From Terrimicrobiaceae bacterium (lineage in GTDB: Bacteria > Verrucomicrobiota > Verrucomicrobiia > Chthoniobacterales > Terrimicrobiaceae): a DNA stretch of 64,000 nucleotides. The position numbers were made by a program, and so were the translations under genes. The stretch is taken from contig JBIIPZ010000008.1 of the NCBI GenBank assembly GCA_044342325.1, positions 24,208 through 88,207 of the forward strand, in the 5' to 3' direction. This document shows, piece by piece, positions 20,362 to 30,320 of the stretch (its first letter is position 1; each line of letters starts with the position of its first letter). Below the pieces are notes generated by a model. The model ran no database searches, was not told where the DNA came from, and worked only from the letters and a program-made list of their open reading frames with translations.

Positions 20362-20946
20362 TCAGAGCAGCAGAAGAAAAACCGCCACGCAGATCGCAGT
20401 TGGAATGAGAGCTGCGAGGAAAAGCTTCAGCGCGCTCACACCGTTCTCGCCAAAGTAGGATTGCAGAATCGACTGGCCGGCCGGATTCGGGGCATTGGCG
20501 ATCACGGTAAGCCCGCCGCCCGCGACGGCACCCGCCACGACAGCGAGTTTAGCCTGATCAGAAAATCCGGGCACGAGCGATGCCAGATATGTGATCGCCG
20601 CATTGTCGTTGAATGCCGTGAGCACGGTTGATCCGAGAAGGAGTTGGGTCGGGTTCAGACTTGTCAGCACCGGCTCGATCCACCACTGCTGGCAGCCTCC
20701 GTGAATGACAAGCCCGGCCAGGAAAAAGCCCACGAGCACAGGGCCTCGTAGACTGATCGCATCTTGGTTCCTCTCCGTGGCGGCCACAAAAGCCAGGAAG
20801 AACATGAAGGTTAAAACAACCATCGCCGCATAGAGGGCTGTGTAAACGACAAACCCAATGAAGAGGACATGACAAAGTATGAACTGGACAGGAACTTGAG
20901 GGGCTTTATCCGTAGCGTGCGCAGGGTTCGCAGGGCATACCCGCAC
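20362..20946 (-). pseudogene. C-terminal fragment of a DUF1504-type putative Na+/H+ antiporter
   Basis: VGFFLAGLVIHGG.QQWWI, LTAFNDNAAITYL and AVAGGGLTVIANAPNPAG; the N-terminal TM half is absent upstream. Confidence 0.75.
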
Positions 20947-21068
20947 GATGGGAGTTGATCGACTTCTTGCCGCTCGAATGCCGTCCGCATGCGATACGAG
21001 CAGATTGTAACTACGGCAATGAATCCAAGATGATCGAATATGAAAAATGTGGCATCCCCTATCTCTTC

Positions 21069-21112
21069 AACCTCAGACATCCGTTTTCCCTCAGCTCATG
21101 ATGTCTGAGGTT
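21069..21112. repeat. Perfect 13-bp inverted repeat with 18-nt spacer
   Basis: AACCTCAGACATC (21069-21081) and GATGTCTGAGGTT (21100-21112). Confidence 0.8.
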
Positions 21113-21233
21113 AATCCAATCCCATCGCCCTACTAAAAACCGGTATAAACTTGAAGTTTTTCCTTTTGGATTGGCGTTGAATTATTCCCCTTGTGCAGAG
21201 CTTTTGATAATGTCTTCTGCGCGAGGGGATAAA

Positions 21234-21440
21234 TTCGAACAAATCCACGCGAAGTCCTGCAGGCAAACGGGAGCGAATCCATTCCGGATTGATTGGCCAA
21301 TGCAGGAAAAGAAGCCGACTCCACCGCTGACGCATCACTGCCCGAGAAGGCGGAGTCTCCCTCATCGAGAGACCCTGATGGTGCGTTGGTGTCCTTGGCG
21401 ATGAGTTTGCTCGAACTCCCGAGCTTGGGTCTTGTTTCAT
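21234..21440 (-). pseudogene. N-terminal fragment of a DUF2071/YqjF-family gene
   Basis: VMRQRWSRLLFLHWPINPEWIRSRLPAGLRVDLF, then abrupt loss of similarity. Confidence 0.7.
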
Positions 21441-21620
21441 CACATATTGGTTATGCTGCAGGCATACGAACGCGACTTCCAAAAACCAACAATCGGGGCC
21501 AAGGGATCACTCGCACAAAGCGTGCTGCCAGCCCGAAAATTTAAAACCTAACCTATCCTGTATCGCCAGCACGCGCGAGATAGCCAAGCCTCCTTGGCCT
21601 TCGCGTCTCACACGCTTTCC

Positions 21621-22034
21621 TTACCCATCAGAATTTCTGAATTTGTGTGGGGCAACCGAGGCCCCGCCCTTTTGAGATGAGTCGCCGTTGTCGGCGACCG
21701 GATTGACTGGCACATCAATACGATTTCTTCCCTCGTCGAGGACTGAGCGATCCCCAAGAGGGATTTTGCGCGCATAGGCGGCACGACCCAGCAAGCTCGC
21801 CGCGACCGGCGCGGTTAGAAAAATAAACAAGAGCGTGACCACCGCCTTTGTCACTACCCCCGTCTCCCTGAAGTAAAGCGCGGCGGCGATAAGCAGAAGA
21901 GCCACTCCCAAAGAGGCTCCCTTGGTTGCCGCGTGCATACGGCAGAAGACGTCCGGCATTCGAATCAAACCCAGTCCGGTGAGGAAGAAAAGAAAGGTTC
22001 CAGCCAACAAAAGGAGACAAATTACATAGGTCAT
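21621..22034 (-). CDS. mrpG: Mrp antiporter subunit G
   Basis: GLIRMPDVFCRMHAATK...FIFLTAPVAA. Confidence 0.92.
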   Translation of the reverse strand: MTYVICLLLLAGTFLFFLTGLGLIRMPDVFCRMHAATKGASLGVALLLIAAALYFRETGVVTKAVVTLLFIFLTAPVAASLLGRAAYARKIPLGDRSVLDEGRNRIDVPVNPVADNGDSSQKGGASVAPHKFRNSDG

Positions 22035-22315
22035 TTAAAAAATCCCCGTTCAATTGCGATTGCCAAAGCGATCGTGCCCAGAAAAACAACGAGAGCGATA
22101 GCCAGTGCGATATCCAGCAAGAAGGACTCGGCTGTTGTCAAAGATGTGAGCACCAGCAAGCCGATCATCATTGTGGCAAGGACATCCGCTGCCACAACGC
22201 GATCGGGTAAACTGGGCCCAAGAAGAAGACGGATGAACGCAAGCACCATGCCAACCCCAAGAATCACGCCAGAGGCCCAGATCGACATCATGAGAATAGG
22301 ATGGCCTTCAGGCAT
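22031..22315 (-). CDS. mrpF: Mrp antiporter subunit F
   Basis: RLLLGPSLPDRVVAAD...LDIALAIALVVFLGT. Confidence 0.92.
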   Translation of the reverse strand: MPEGHPILMMSIWASGVILGVGMVLAFIRLLLGPSLPDRVVAADVLATMMIGLLVLTSLTTAESFLLDIALAIALVVFLGTIALAIAIERGFFK

Positions 22316-22318
22316 GGA

Positions 22319-22792
22319 TCACCTCAGGAGTTCAAGAACGCGCCGTTCGAGATTGTTTTTGATATCGGCCCGTAGCGCATCGGGGTCACGGATATACATG
22401 GCATGAATGTAGAGTGTTTTACGATCTGGCGAAATGTCGAGGCTCAGTGTGCCTGGAGTCATCGTGATGAGATTTGCGAGCACCGTGATTTCCAGGTTGG
22501 TCCGCGCATCCAAAGGAATCCCTATCACGCCCGGAGTCATTTGAAAGTTGGGTGTCAAAATGTCATAGGCAATCACGCCATTCGAAACGATGAGTTCTTT
22601 AAGGTAATAAAGGAGAAATGAGAGGAGCTTCTTGACCTTGCCAAAATACCGTTCGTGCTCAGGTTGGTCGCGTGTCAGAAAGGACAGGACAAGATAGCTC
22701 AGAACAAATCCCGAGACCAGATTAGCCAGCGACAATCCGCCCAGCAGACCAGACCAGACAAGCGCGAGGACAATATTCCAAAAGGGATACAC
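22319..22792 (-). CDS. mrpE: Mrp antiporter subunit E
   Basis: LANLITMTPGTLSLD...LYIHAM. Confidence 0.92.
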   Translation of the reverse strand: MYPFWNIVLALVWSGLLGGLSLANLVSGFVLSYLVLSFLTRDQPEHERYFGKVKKLLSFLLYYLKELIVSNGVIAYDILTPNFQMTPGVIGIPLDARTNLEITVLANLITMTPGTLSLDISPDRKTLYIHAMYIRDPDALRADIKNNLERRVLELLR

Positions 22793-22795
22793 GGC

Positions 22796-24316
22796 TTAAT
22801 TCCTCCCTCCGATCACAGCTTCAATGTAACGCTCCGGGGCAAGCAGCTGAGCCGCTGCCCGCTCCGCAAAGTCGAAGTAAAACTGCGGAAAAAATCCGAT
22901 CGAGAGTGTCAAGAGGGTAAGCACAACAACCGGCGCAAACAAGCAGGCCTTATCACAAAAAGGCAAAGCATTGACATCAATTGCTTGCCCCCCCTCGGGC
23001 ACTGCCTTCCAAAAGACCTCAGACCATATTTTTGTCATCGAAAAAAGAGTGAGCAGGCCCACGGCCAAGGCCACCACGCCAAGCACCACGGCCCATGGCC
23101 CGAACATTGTATCCCCCGCAAGAGAGGCTTTGACGACCGCGAATTTGGCAAAAAAACCGGAAAGCGGGGGAATTCCGCCCAGCGACATGGCCGGAATAAA
23201 AAACAGGATCGCAAGCCAAGGCATAGCCGCATAGAAACCGCCGAGTTTTTTCAACTGGAACGTGCCGCTATAACGCTGTGTTATGCCACTGATCAAGAAC
23301 AAATTCGATTTCACCACGATGTGGTGGAAGAGGTAAAATACACACCCTGCAAGAGCCAGCGGCGTAAAGAGCGCAAGCCCCATGACCATATAACCGATCT
23401 GACTGACGATATGAAAGGAGAGGAGCCTGCGAAAATCAAACTGCACTACCGCTCCGAGCACTCCAGTTATCATTGTGAAGCCAGCAATCGCCAGCAGAAG
23501 ACCATGTGTGAACAACAAGTCGCCGGTAAACACGAGTGTGAAGACGCGCATCAAGGCATACACTCCGACTTTTGTCAGCAAGCCAGCGAATACCGCCGAC
23601 ACTGCCACAGGAGGAGTGTGGTAGGACGCTGGAAGCCAGAAAAACAAGGGAAAGACGGCGGCTTTAAGACCAAATGCAACCAGGAAGAGCATCGCCGTCA
23701 TGGTCAGCATGCTTGGGTGCATCAATTCACGCGACTTCCCAGCCAAATCAGCGAGATTTAGCGTGCCGGTCTGCCCGTAGAGGATGCCGCAAGCCGCAAG
23801 GAAAAGGCTTGAGGAGAGGAGGTTCAACACCACGTATTTCACTGCCCCTTCCATCTGTTGCTTCTCTCCTCCGAGACACATGAGCACGAAGGAGCTTATC
23901 AGCATGACCTCGAACCAGACAAACATGTTAAAAATGTCGCCAGTGAGGAAGGCCCCACAAACGCCCATCATCATAAAATGAAGAAAAGCAAAAAATCCGT
24001 GGCGCACTCGACTGGCATCGACATCCGCAAGGGAATACACGGCGACAGCTAAGCCTGTGATTGCCGACACCAGCACCATGATCGCTGACAGAAGATCGGC
24101 CACAAAAACAATTCCAAATGGAGCCGCCCAATTGCCAAACTCGACGACATGGATTGTGCCGTCCGAAACCTCGGCCATCAGCCAGAGCGAAACCAGCAGC
24201 AACGCAACCATACCCGTGACACCGAATAACTTCTGCGCTGCAGTCGAGCGCACGGCCAATAGGCAGGCCACTGCTGTGATCAGTGGCACCAGGATGCACA
24301 AAGTCAGAGGATTCAT
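22796..24316 (-). CDS. mrpD: Mrp antiporter subunit D
   Basis: [37 protein letters not shown] and [11 protein letters not shown]. Confidence 0.94.
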   Translation of the reverse strand: MNPLTLCILVPLITAVACLLAVRSTAAQKLFGVTGMVALLLVSLWLMAEVSDGTIHVVEFGNWAAPFGIVFVADLLSAIMVLVSAITGLAVAVYSLADVDASRVRHGFFAFLHFMMMGVCGAFLTGDIFNMFVWFEVMLISSFVLMCLGGEKQQMEGAVKYVVLNLLSSSLFLAACGILYGQTGTLNLADLAGKSRELMHPSMLTMTAMLFLVAFGLKAAVFPLFFWLPASYHTPPVAVSAVFAGLLTKVGVYALMRVFTLVFTGDLLFTHGLLLAIAGFTMITGVLGAVVQFDFRRLLSFHIVSQIGYMVMGLALFTPLALAGCVFYLFHHIVVKSNLFLISGITQRYSGTFQLKKLGGFYAAMPWLAILFFIPAMSLGGIPPLSGFFAKFAVVKASLAGDTMFGPWAVVLGVVALAVGLLTLFSMTKIWSEVFWKAVPEGGQAIDVNALPFCDKACLFAPVVVLTLLTLSIGFFPQFYFDFAERAAAQLLAPERYIEAVIGGRN

Positions 24317-24663
24317 TACGAGTCCGACCTCCTGAGGTCATCGACATCGTCGGTGCCGGTGCTTTGGTCGGCGCGGTGAACCATGGCGAGGGTGAAAGCG
24401 AGAACTCCAAAACTGATGACGATGGCTGTAAGAATCAGAGCCTGCGGAAGCGGATCAGCGCTCGTGGGGGCGAGAGTCTCCGCAGTTGCGGAAACAAATG
24501 GAGAACCAGCCTCGGTGATCCCTCCGACAGTAAAAATCAGGAGATTCACTGCCTGGCTGAGTAAGGATACGCCGAGAATCACACGCACCACGCCACGGCG
24601 CATTAGGAGATAGACCGAAGCGGCGTAGAGAACTCCTATCGTCAGCGCGAGCACGATTTGCAT
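24316..24663 (-). CDS. mrpC: Mrp antiporter subunit C
   Basis: [17 protein letters not shown]. Confidence 0.94.
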   Translation of the reverse strand: MQIVLALTIGVLYAASVYLLMRRGVVRVILGVSLLSQAVNLLIFTVGGITEAGSPFVSATAETLAPTSADPLPQALILTAIVISFGVLAFTLAMVHRADQSTGTDDVDDLRRSDS

Positions 24664-24664
24664 A

Positions 24665-25090
24665 TTAGTCCTTCCCCTCCCCCTCATCCTCGCCAAGCGA
24701 AAACACAATCAGACTGGCGACTCCAAGAACTACGATGTAAACGCCGACGTCGAACAAGAGCGGCGTGCCGACCTTGCCCAGAACCGGCCAAACCGTCTTG
24801 TCCCAAAACCCAGTGAAGAAAGGCATGCCTGCAACGACGGATGGAATACCGCTTGCCACCGCCACCGAGAGTCCGATGCCGAGGATTTTGATCGGATCAA
24901 TTCCAAGCAGGCGCTTCGCAGTCCTCACACCTTCCGAGAGCATGACCAGGACGAATGCTCCGGCGGCAACAAGCCCACCGGAGAAGCCTCCTCCGGGCAG
25001 GTTATGGCCACGCAGCAAGAGAAAAAAAGAAAAGATTAGAAGCAGCGCAGCGACGGGGCGGCCGACAGTCGTTAGAATCACACTGTTCAT
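24665..25090 (-). CDS. mrpB: Mrp antiporter subunit B
   Basis: LLRGHNLPGGGFSGGL...LFDVGVY. Confidence 0.94.
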   Translation of the reverse strand: MNSVILTTVGRPVAALLLIFSFFLLLRGHNLPGGGFSGGLVAAGAFVLVMLSEGVRTAKRLLGIDPIKILGIGLSVAVASGIPSVVAGMPFFTGFWDKTVWPVLGKVGTPLLFDVGVYIVVLGVASLIVFSLGEDEGEGKD

Positions 25091-27420
25091 TTGTCGCCCC
25101 CCTTTTCGGGATTTTTTGGCCGCAGGCGCATGATTGCCCAGACGCCGAGAGCTGCGATAGCCAGCACCGTGATTTCTCCGAAGGTATCCAGCGCTCGGAA
25201 ATCCACGAGAATGACATTCACCACGTTCCGCCCAAAGGCATGCGGCAGGCTGGACTCACCCATGAAAGCCGAGACGCTTTTGTCGGCCGTGCCAGCACCG
25301 AGTGCAAAAAGAATAACGAGTGTCATCACCGTTCCAAACCCCGTCGCGATGAGTGCATCCCTCAATTTGTTGGCTGGCTTTGATAGGTTCGCAAAGACGG
25401 GAAGCCTATAGAAAGCCAGCACGAAAAGCACCATGGCAAGCGTTTCAACAAGCACTTGTGTCATGGCAAGATCCGGTGCACTGAAGAGAAAATAAAGCAT
25501 GCCGACACCGAAGCCAACGACACCCAGTGCAAGAATCGCGTAGAAGCGCGACAAGGTGAGACATGCGGCGATTGCCGCAACAACAATCATCAGGCACACA
25601 ACAACCGGAAGAAAGCGAATCGGTAGCAAATCACCAGTGGAGGGCATTTGGACATCCGTAGGCAGAGTCCAAAGCAAAAGCGCCGAGGTGAAAAACAAAA
25701 CCGTAATGAGATAATTCCGCAGGTAGCCATTTTGAAGAAACGAGGTGAGGCGTCCTGCAAATTCGAGGGTGCCGGATAGGATCAACTCATATCCGCGCTC
25801 AGGACCGAGCCTCCCAAGGATAGCAAATCTTCCGGAGGCTGCGCGGATACGGGGGGCGGCGAGATAAAGTGCAACACCGAGCGCCATAGTCAAAGCACTC
25901 AATCCCAGTGCGACAGTCCACCCGTGCCAGAATTTATAAACGATCTCTTGCTCGTTGGAGCCAAGCACCGCATGCACCGAAGGGGCAATAAGCATGCCCC
26001 CTGCAAAGCCTGGAAAAAGCCCGGCCGCGAGCCCCGCAAGGCTGAGCAAGATCGGACCGATCCACATCGTCCAGGGGGCCTCGTGCGGATGCTTGGGAGT
26101 AGGTCGCATCGGACCTGCAAAGGGCTTCCACGCAGCTGTGGAAGCAAGCGCAAACATCACCACACTCGCGGATACGCCGAGCACTTCCCAAAGAATTCCC
26201 AAGCCCTGAGTGTCGAGAAGCGCTTTGTAGAAATACTCCTTTCCGACAAATCCCAAAAGCGCTGGGAATCCTGCCATGGAGAGCCCGGCAAGGAGCGCAG
26301 CGGCTGCGGTGAAGGGCATTGCCCTCCTTAACCCGCCGACAGCATCCGGATCGCGCGTGCCAGTTTCGTGATCTATCGAGCCCGCGCACATAAACAGGGC
26401 AGCTTTGTATAAGGCGTGAGCAAGAAGATAGACCATCGCTGCCTTCACAGCGGCCTCGGTGCCGATTCCCAGAAGCATGGTCAATGTTCCGAGAACCGCG
26501 AGGGTGCTGTAAGCGAGGATTTTTTTCAGATCCCGCTGGCCGAGTCCCATCACCACACCAATCATCATCGTCACCGCACCCACGGGAGCGACGATCGGGA
26601 TCCAAAGCGGGCTCGCAGAAAGCAACGGATGCAGGCGGGCGAGCAAAAAGACGCCAGCCTTCACCATTGTCGCGGAATGCAGATAGGAACTAACCGGTGC
26701 CGGAGCCTCCATGGCGTTTGGCAACCAGAAGTGGAACGGAAATTGCGCGGATTTGGTGAAGGCACCCAGGAGGATGAGCACGAGCACGACAGGAAATCCG
26801 GGTTCGGAGACCAACCGCACAGCATCAAGGGCATTAAGCTCAGAGATGCGAAACGTTCCCGCCATGCGCCCGAGCAAAAGCATGCCCGCAAGCATGGCGA
26901 GGCCACCGGTGCCGGTCACAAGGAGAGCTTGGAGAGCTGAAGCCCGCGAGCGCGGAGCTGTGTGGTAGTAACCAATGAGCAAATACGAGGAGATACTGGT
27001 TAACTCCCAGAACACAAACATGGCAACCAAGTGGTCGGAGCTGACCACACCCAGCATCGAGCCCATGAATCCAAAGAGGTAGAGATAAAATCTCCCGAGA
27101 TCTTTTTTTCCGTGAAGGTATCCCGCCGCATACCATGTCACGAATACCCCGATGCCGCTGATGAGAAGAAGGAACAGCAACGAGAGTCCATCGATACGAA
27201 GATCAAGGGCGAGGCCAAGTGAGGGAACCCACTCCCTGCGAAATTCCACGACCCCGCCGGCCGAAACCAGGGGAATCATCGAGGCGTAGAGAAAGGCTGC
27301 GGCGAGTGGGATGAGACCCAGCAAAATGCCGCACCGGTCACCGAGTCGACGATGCAACCACGGAGCGGCAAATGCCGCGCCGAAAACAGCTGCTACTGCG
27401 ATGGCGGAAAGTTGTCCCAT
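25087..27420 (-). CDS. mrpA: Mrp antiporter subunit A (group 1, MrpB separate)
   Basis: FWELTSISSYLLIG, TKSAQFPFHFWLPNAMEAPAPVSSYLHSATMVKAG, APDLAMTQ and NVVNVILVDFRALDTFGE. Confidence 0.95.
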   Translation of the reverse strand: MGQLSAIAVAAVFGAAFAAPWLHRRLGDRCGILLGLIPLAAAFLYASMIPLVSAGGVVEFRREWVPSLGLALDLRIDGLSLLFLLLISGIGVFVTWYAAGYLHGKKDLGRFYLYLFGFMGSMLGVVSSDHLVAMFVFWELTSISSYLLIGYYHTAPRSRASALQALLVTGTGGLAMLAGMLLLGRMAGTFRISELNALDAVRLVSEPGFPVVLVLILLGAFTKSAQFPFHFWLPNAMEAPAPVSSYLHSATMVKAGVFLLARLHPLLSASPLWIPIVAPVGAVTMMIGVVMGLGQRDLKKILAYSTLAVLGTLTMLLGIGTEAAVKAAMVYLLAHALYKAALFMCAGSIDHETGTRDPDAVGGLRRAMPFTAAAALLAGLSMAGFPALLGFVGKEYFYKALLDTQGLGILWEVLGVSASVVMFALASTAAWKPFAGPMRPTPKHPHEAPWTMWIGPILLSLAGLAAGLFPGFAGGMLIAPSVHAVLGSNEQEIVYKFWHGWTVALGLSALTMALGVALYLAAPRIRAASGRFAILGRLGPERGYELILSGTLEFAGRLTSFLQNGYLRNYLITVLFFTSALLLWTLPTDVQMPSTGDLLPIRFLPVVVCLMIVVAAIAACLTLSRFYAILALGVVGFGVGMLYFLFSAPDLAMTQVLVETLAMVLFVLAFYRLPVFANLSKPANKLRDALIATGFGTVMTLVILFALGAGTADKSVSAFMGESSLPHAFGRNVVNVILVDFRALDTFGEITVLAIAALGVWAIMRLRPKNPEKGGDK

Positions 27421-27699
27421 GAATATGCAAAAAGCCCCGGAATGGCCTCCAAGAGGCTGGCGACAAAGCACGATCCCGCCACCCAAGTCAAGTGCAACAG
27501 GTGCGATGGGAATCCAAGAAAACCATCCCGCCTACAACCTCACCACAACGGCTATTGCCCAATCAGCAAGAATATCTAAGAGGACCGCTCCACAATTTCA
27601 AACCCGATGGAGAGTGGATCATTCTCGAAGCTCTGCGTGGAGGATGCGATCATCCGCAGCAGGACTCCGCCAGAAGGCGCGGGTGTGGCTCTTGTGGGT

Positions 27700-27970
27700 T
27701 TGAGGGGCTTTTTTTCAAACCAGTCGCGCTGCACGGTAATGGTGCAACGGGCTCCGGGTAGTCCGGCCGTTACCGGCGAGATGGGCTCGAGGGCGGCTTT
27801 GCGGGTGTCAATGCGCCCGTGATCCTCTTCGCAACTCAGCTCAAAAAGGGGAGCCCTTTAGTGCCTCGCCAACTCCCTTAAGGCGCCTGAAGGTATTTAC
27901 TTTTGTGCAGCAAGGTAGTCGCCACCCTTCTCCAAGATGACCCGCGCGGTGGCCTCTTTGTTGTGGGGAG
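27700..27970 (-). mobile_element. Degenerate ISAs1-family transposase remnant
   Basis: A single minus-strand frame reads HNKEATARVILEKGGDYLAAQK*...*RAPLFELSCEEDHGRIDTR, matching the ISAs1 motifs GGDY and HGRIETR, with in-frame stops. Confidence 0.7.
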
Positions 27971-28266
27971 GAGTTTTTTTCTTCTGCCCTGAGTTCATAG
28001 GTTGCTTGGCTTTCAAACCAAACGCCATGTTCATGGCCTGCTCGCCTGCCACCACCGCCTGCAGCCCGTCATCAAAATCTATGTCATCAGGAATGCGGAA
28101 AAAACTCGGCGCGCGGAGCGTGTTAGCTGTGACATGGCGCAATTGGATTAACACAAAACAGCCAACGGGCAAACGGCATCAATCTCCGCATCGCCCGTAG
28201 TGGCTCTCGTTCGGCGGGGGGGAATTGATTTGCATGGGGTGCGTCGCGGGATTGATAGTCGCGGGC

Positions 28267-28863
28267 ATGTTTACTGGACTTGTTGAGGAAGCGGGGCGCT
28301 GCGAGTGGCTGAGAATCGGGGAGTCGGGCGCTCAATTAGCGATTCGCGCTCCGCACATTTCCGATACGGTGCGCATTGGCGACAGCGTGGCGGTCAATGG
28401 TTGCTGCCTCACGGTGACGCGGACTGCGGATTCGGTGATGGAATTCGATCTCCTTGTTGAAACCCTGCGCCGCACGAATCTGGAATCTCTCGTTTCCGGT
28501 GCGGGGGTGAATCTCGAGCGCTCGCTGGCGGCGGATGGGCGCCTGGGCGGGCATTTCGTGCAGGGGCATGTGGATACCACCACAAAGGTTCGCTCCGCTG
28601 CGCGGCATGGTGCGGACATTCGTTTGGATTTTGAAATGCCTTCTGAATTCGCCTGCTACCTTGCTTACAAAGGTTCGGTGGCCATCAACGGGGTGAGCCT
28701 CACTGTTGCGGAAGTCGGGACCGACACTTTCACCGTTTGGATCATTCCCCACACGGCCTCAGCCACAAATCTCGGCGCTCTTGCAGCGGGGCACACCGTC
28801 AATCTCGAGTGCGACATGCTGGCGAAATACACCGCCCGCATCCTCGAGTGTCGGCGCGGTTGA
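28267..28863 (+). CDS. ribE: Riboflavin synthase (alpha chain)
   Basis: MFTGLVEE, GDSVAVNGCCLTV, VNLERS, LGGHFVQGHVD and KGSVAINGVSLTV. Confidence 0.95.
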   Translation: MFTGLVEEAGRCEWLRIGESGAQLAIRAPHISDTVRIGDSVAVNGCCLTVTRTADSVMEFDLLVETLRRTNLESLVSGAGVNLERSLAADGRLGGHFVQGHVDTTTKVRSAARHGADIRLDFEMPSEFACYLAYKGSVAINGVSLTVAEVGTDTFTVWIIPHTASATNLGALAAGHTVNLECDMLAKYTARILECRRG

Positions 28864-28874
28864 CCGGCCCGGCT

Positions 28875-29261
28875 TTATTCCAAACCACGCTCGGAGAGGT
28901 CACCCTCGTCGAGCCCGAGGTAGTGGCCGAGTTCATGGAGGAATGTGATGCGCACCTCCTCGCGATAGGCGTCCTCCTCGGCCTCACACATATCCCAGAG
29001 ATTTCCCAGCCACAGCACGATCCTCGGCATTTGAGGGCTTGCTGGATCCGTGGCATCCGCGCCTTCGAAGAGGCCGAGTTGGTCGCTATCCACGCCATCC
29101 GCCTCATGTGCCGTCGAGGGGAATTCCTCCAGCACCATGGCCACCTCGCTCAGAGCGTCGCGAAGTGGTGCAGGTAGCTCCGAGCGGGTTTTTTCGATTT
29201 CCTCGGTGGCCACTTCCATCAGGTAGGCAAATGGCGCGTCGGGATTGTTTTCAAAGTTCAT
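28875..29261 (-). CDS. Minimal zincin metallopeptidase family (Zincin_1/DUF1025)
   Basis: LGLFEG...RIVLW...ITFLHELGHYLGLDEGDL (HExxH). Confidence 0.88.
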   Translation of the reverse strand: MNFENNPDAPFAYLMEVATEEIEKTRSELPAPLRDALSEVAMVLEEFPSTAHEADGVDSDQLGLFEGADATDPASPQMPRIVLWLGNLWDMCEAEEDAYREEVRITFLHELGHYLGLDEGDLSERGLE

Positions 29262-29381
29262 GGCCTTTTTTCGGAGCCATCGGCTCAGACGCAGCACACA
29301 TTCAGTGGCTCATCGAAAAAAGCCAGTAATTCTGTTTTCAAAAGCGGATGCCTTAAACTAACGTGCGCACTTGATTTCGTT

Positions 29382-30041
29382 ATGGGCCCCGAACACGAGT
29401 TTATTGAAAAAAGCCTCGAACTTTGCCAGAGCGGAGACATGGAAGAACTTGCTCGCGTCTATTTAGAGCTTCTTCCATTGCTTCAAGGATACCTCCAAAA
29501 CCTTGGCGCCTCTTCGCTCGAGGCGGAAACGCTGGCGGTCGAAGTTCTGAGTGATTGTTTGGTTGGAACTCTGAGTCGCCCGCCTCTGATCAATAAATGC
29601 CAGGGGCGCAGTTCTCTCGCCACCTGGATGAGTGCTGTGGCCAGAAACCGATACTATGATTTTATGCGTGGACAAAAAATGGATCGCGCCATCGCCTCGG
29701 ATCTTCAAGAGGCCTTGGTCGCAGGGGATCAGTGGGTTGAAACCCGCGTTCAAGATGAACACCTTTTCGAGGCTTTGCGCTCGGCGTTGGTTCGGGCTTT
29801 TCAAGCCTTATCAGCCACTGATGCCGTTCTCCTCCACTTGGTGCATGGCCACAAGGTGGATCAACGCATTCTCGCGAGATCACTTGGTTGGTCGGATACC
29901 AAGATGAGCCGCCATCTCGCATCCCTCCGATGTAATCTGAAGCTCCATGTCCAATCCTTGCTCCGCGATGTGGAGAGAGGCGATCCGCCAAGCTGGGAGG
30001 ACCTGATTCAGGTTTGCGGTCAAATGGTTGAACCACTCTGA
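29382..30041 (+). CDS. ECF-type sigma-70 factor (divergent)
   Basis: Region 2-like GRSSLATWMSAVARNRYYDFMR; region 4-like ALSATDAVLLHLVHGHKVDQRILARSLGWSDTKMSRHL. Confidence 0.75.
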   Translation: MGPEHEFIEKSLELCQSGDMEELARVYLELLPLLQGYLQNLGASSLEAETLAVEVLSDCLVGTLSRPPLINKCQGRSSLATWMSAVARNRYYDFMRGQKMDRAIASDLQEALVAGDQWVETRVQDEHLFEALRSALVRAFQALSATDAVLLHLVHGHKVDQRILARSLGWSDTKMSRHLASLRCNLKLHVQSLLRDVERGDPPSWEDLIQVCGQMVEPL

Positions 30042-30047
30042 AAAACA

Positions 30048-30320
30048 ATGGCTACTCTTTCCTTTGATTCCACCCCAGACGATGCGCCGTTCCAGTTTCT
30101 TCTCGATATGTTTCTGCGCGCCGAGTCATTGGCTTGTTTTGCTGGTCACTCTGACGAAGAAGAAATCAACGGAACTATGCAGGAAATGGCGGCGGGTCGC
30201 CTCGCCCCGGTCGATGTGCAGGAGCTTTTCGGTAAGCTCAGGTCGGATCCCTCCGCCGTGGCCCGCCTCGCCTCACTGCTCCAAGAATCCAGGGGTGGCG
30301 ATCGGGAGGCTGAGGAATGA
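30048..30320 (+). CDS. Small soluble acidic helical protein (candidate anti-sigma)
   Basis: 90 aa, 6 nt after the sigma gene stop, ATGA-coupled to the next gene, no TM segment. Confidence 0.55.
   Translation: MATLSFDSTPDDAPFQFLLDMFLRAESLACFAGHSDEEEINGTMQEMAAGRLAPVDVQELFGKLRSDPSAVARLASLLQESRGGDREAEE

Noticed and set aside
20947..21080. Short minus-strand hydrophobic ORF segment resembling a membrane-protein N-terminus
   Set aside because: Too short and degenerate to assign to a family.
27421..27600. Na+/Li+ riboswitch upstream of mrpA
   Set aside because: Only a short GCCTC/GAGGC hairpin is visible and I could not match a known consensus; an Infernal scan would be needed.
28130..28266. FMN riboswitch upstream of ribE
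   Set aside because: No RFN consensus (AGGGCGGGGTGAAATTCCC-like) is present.
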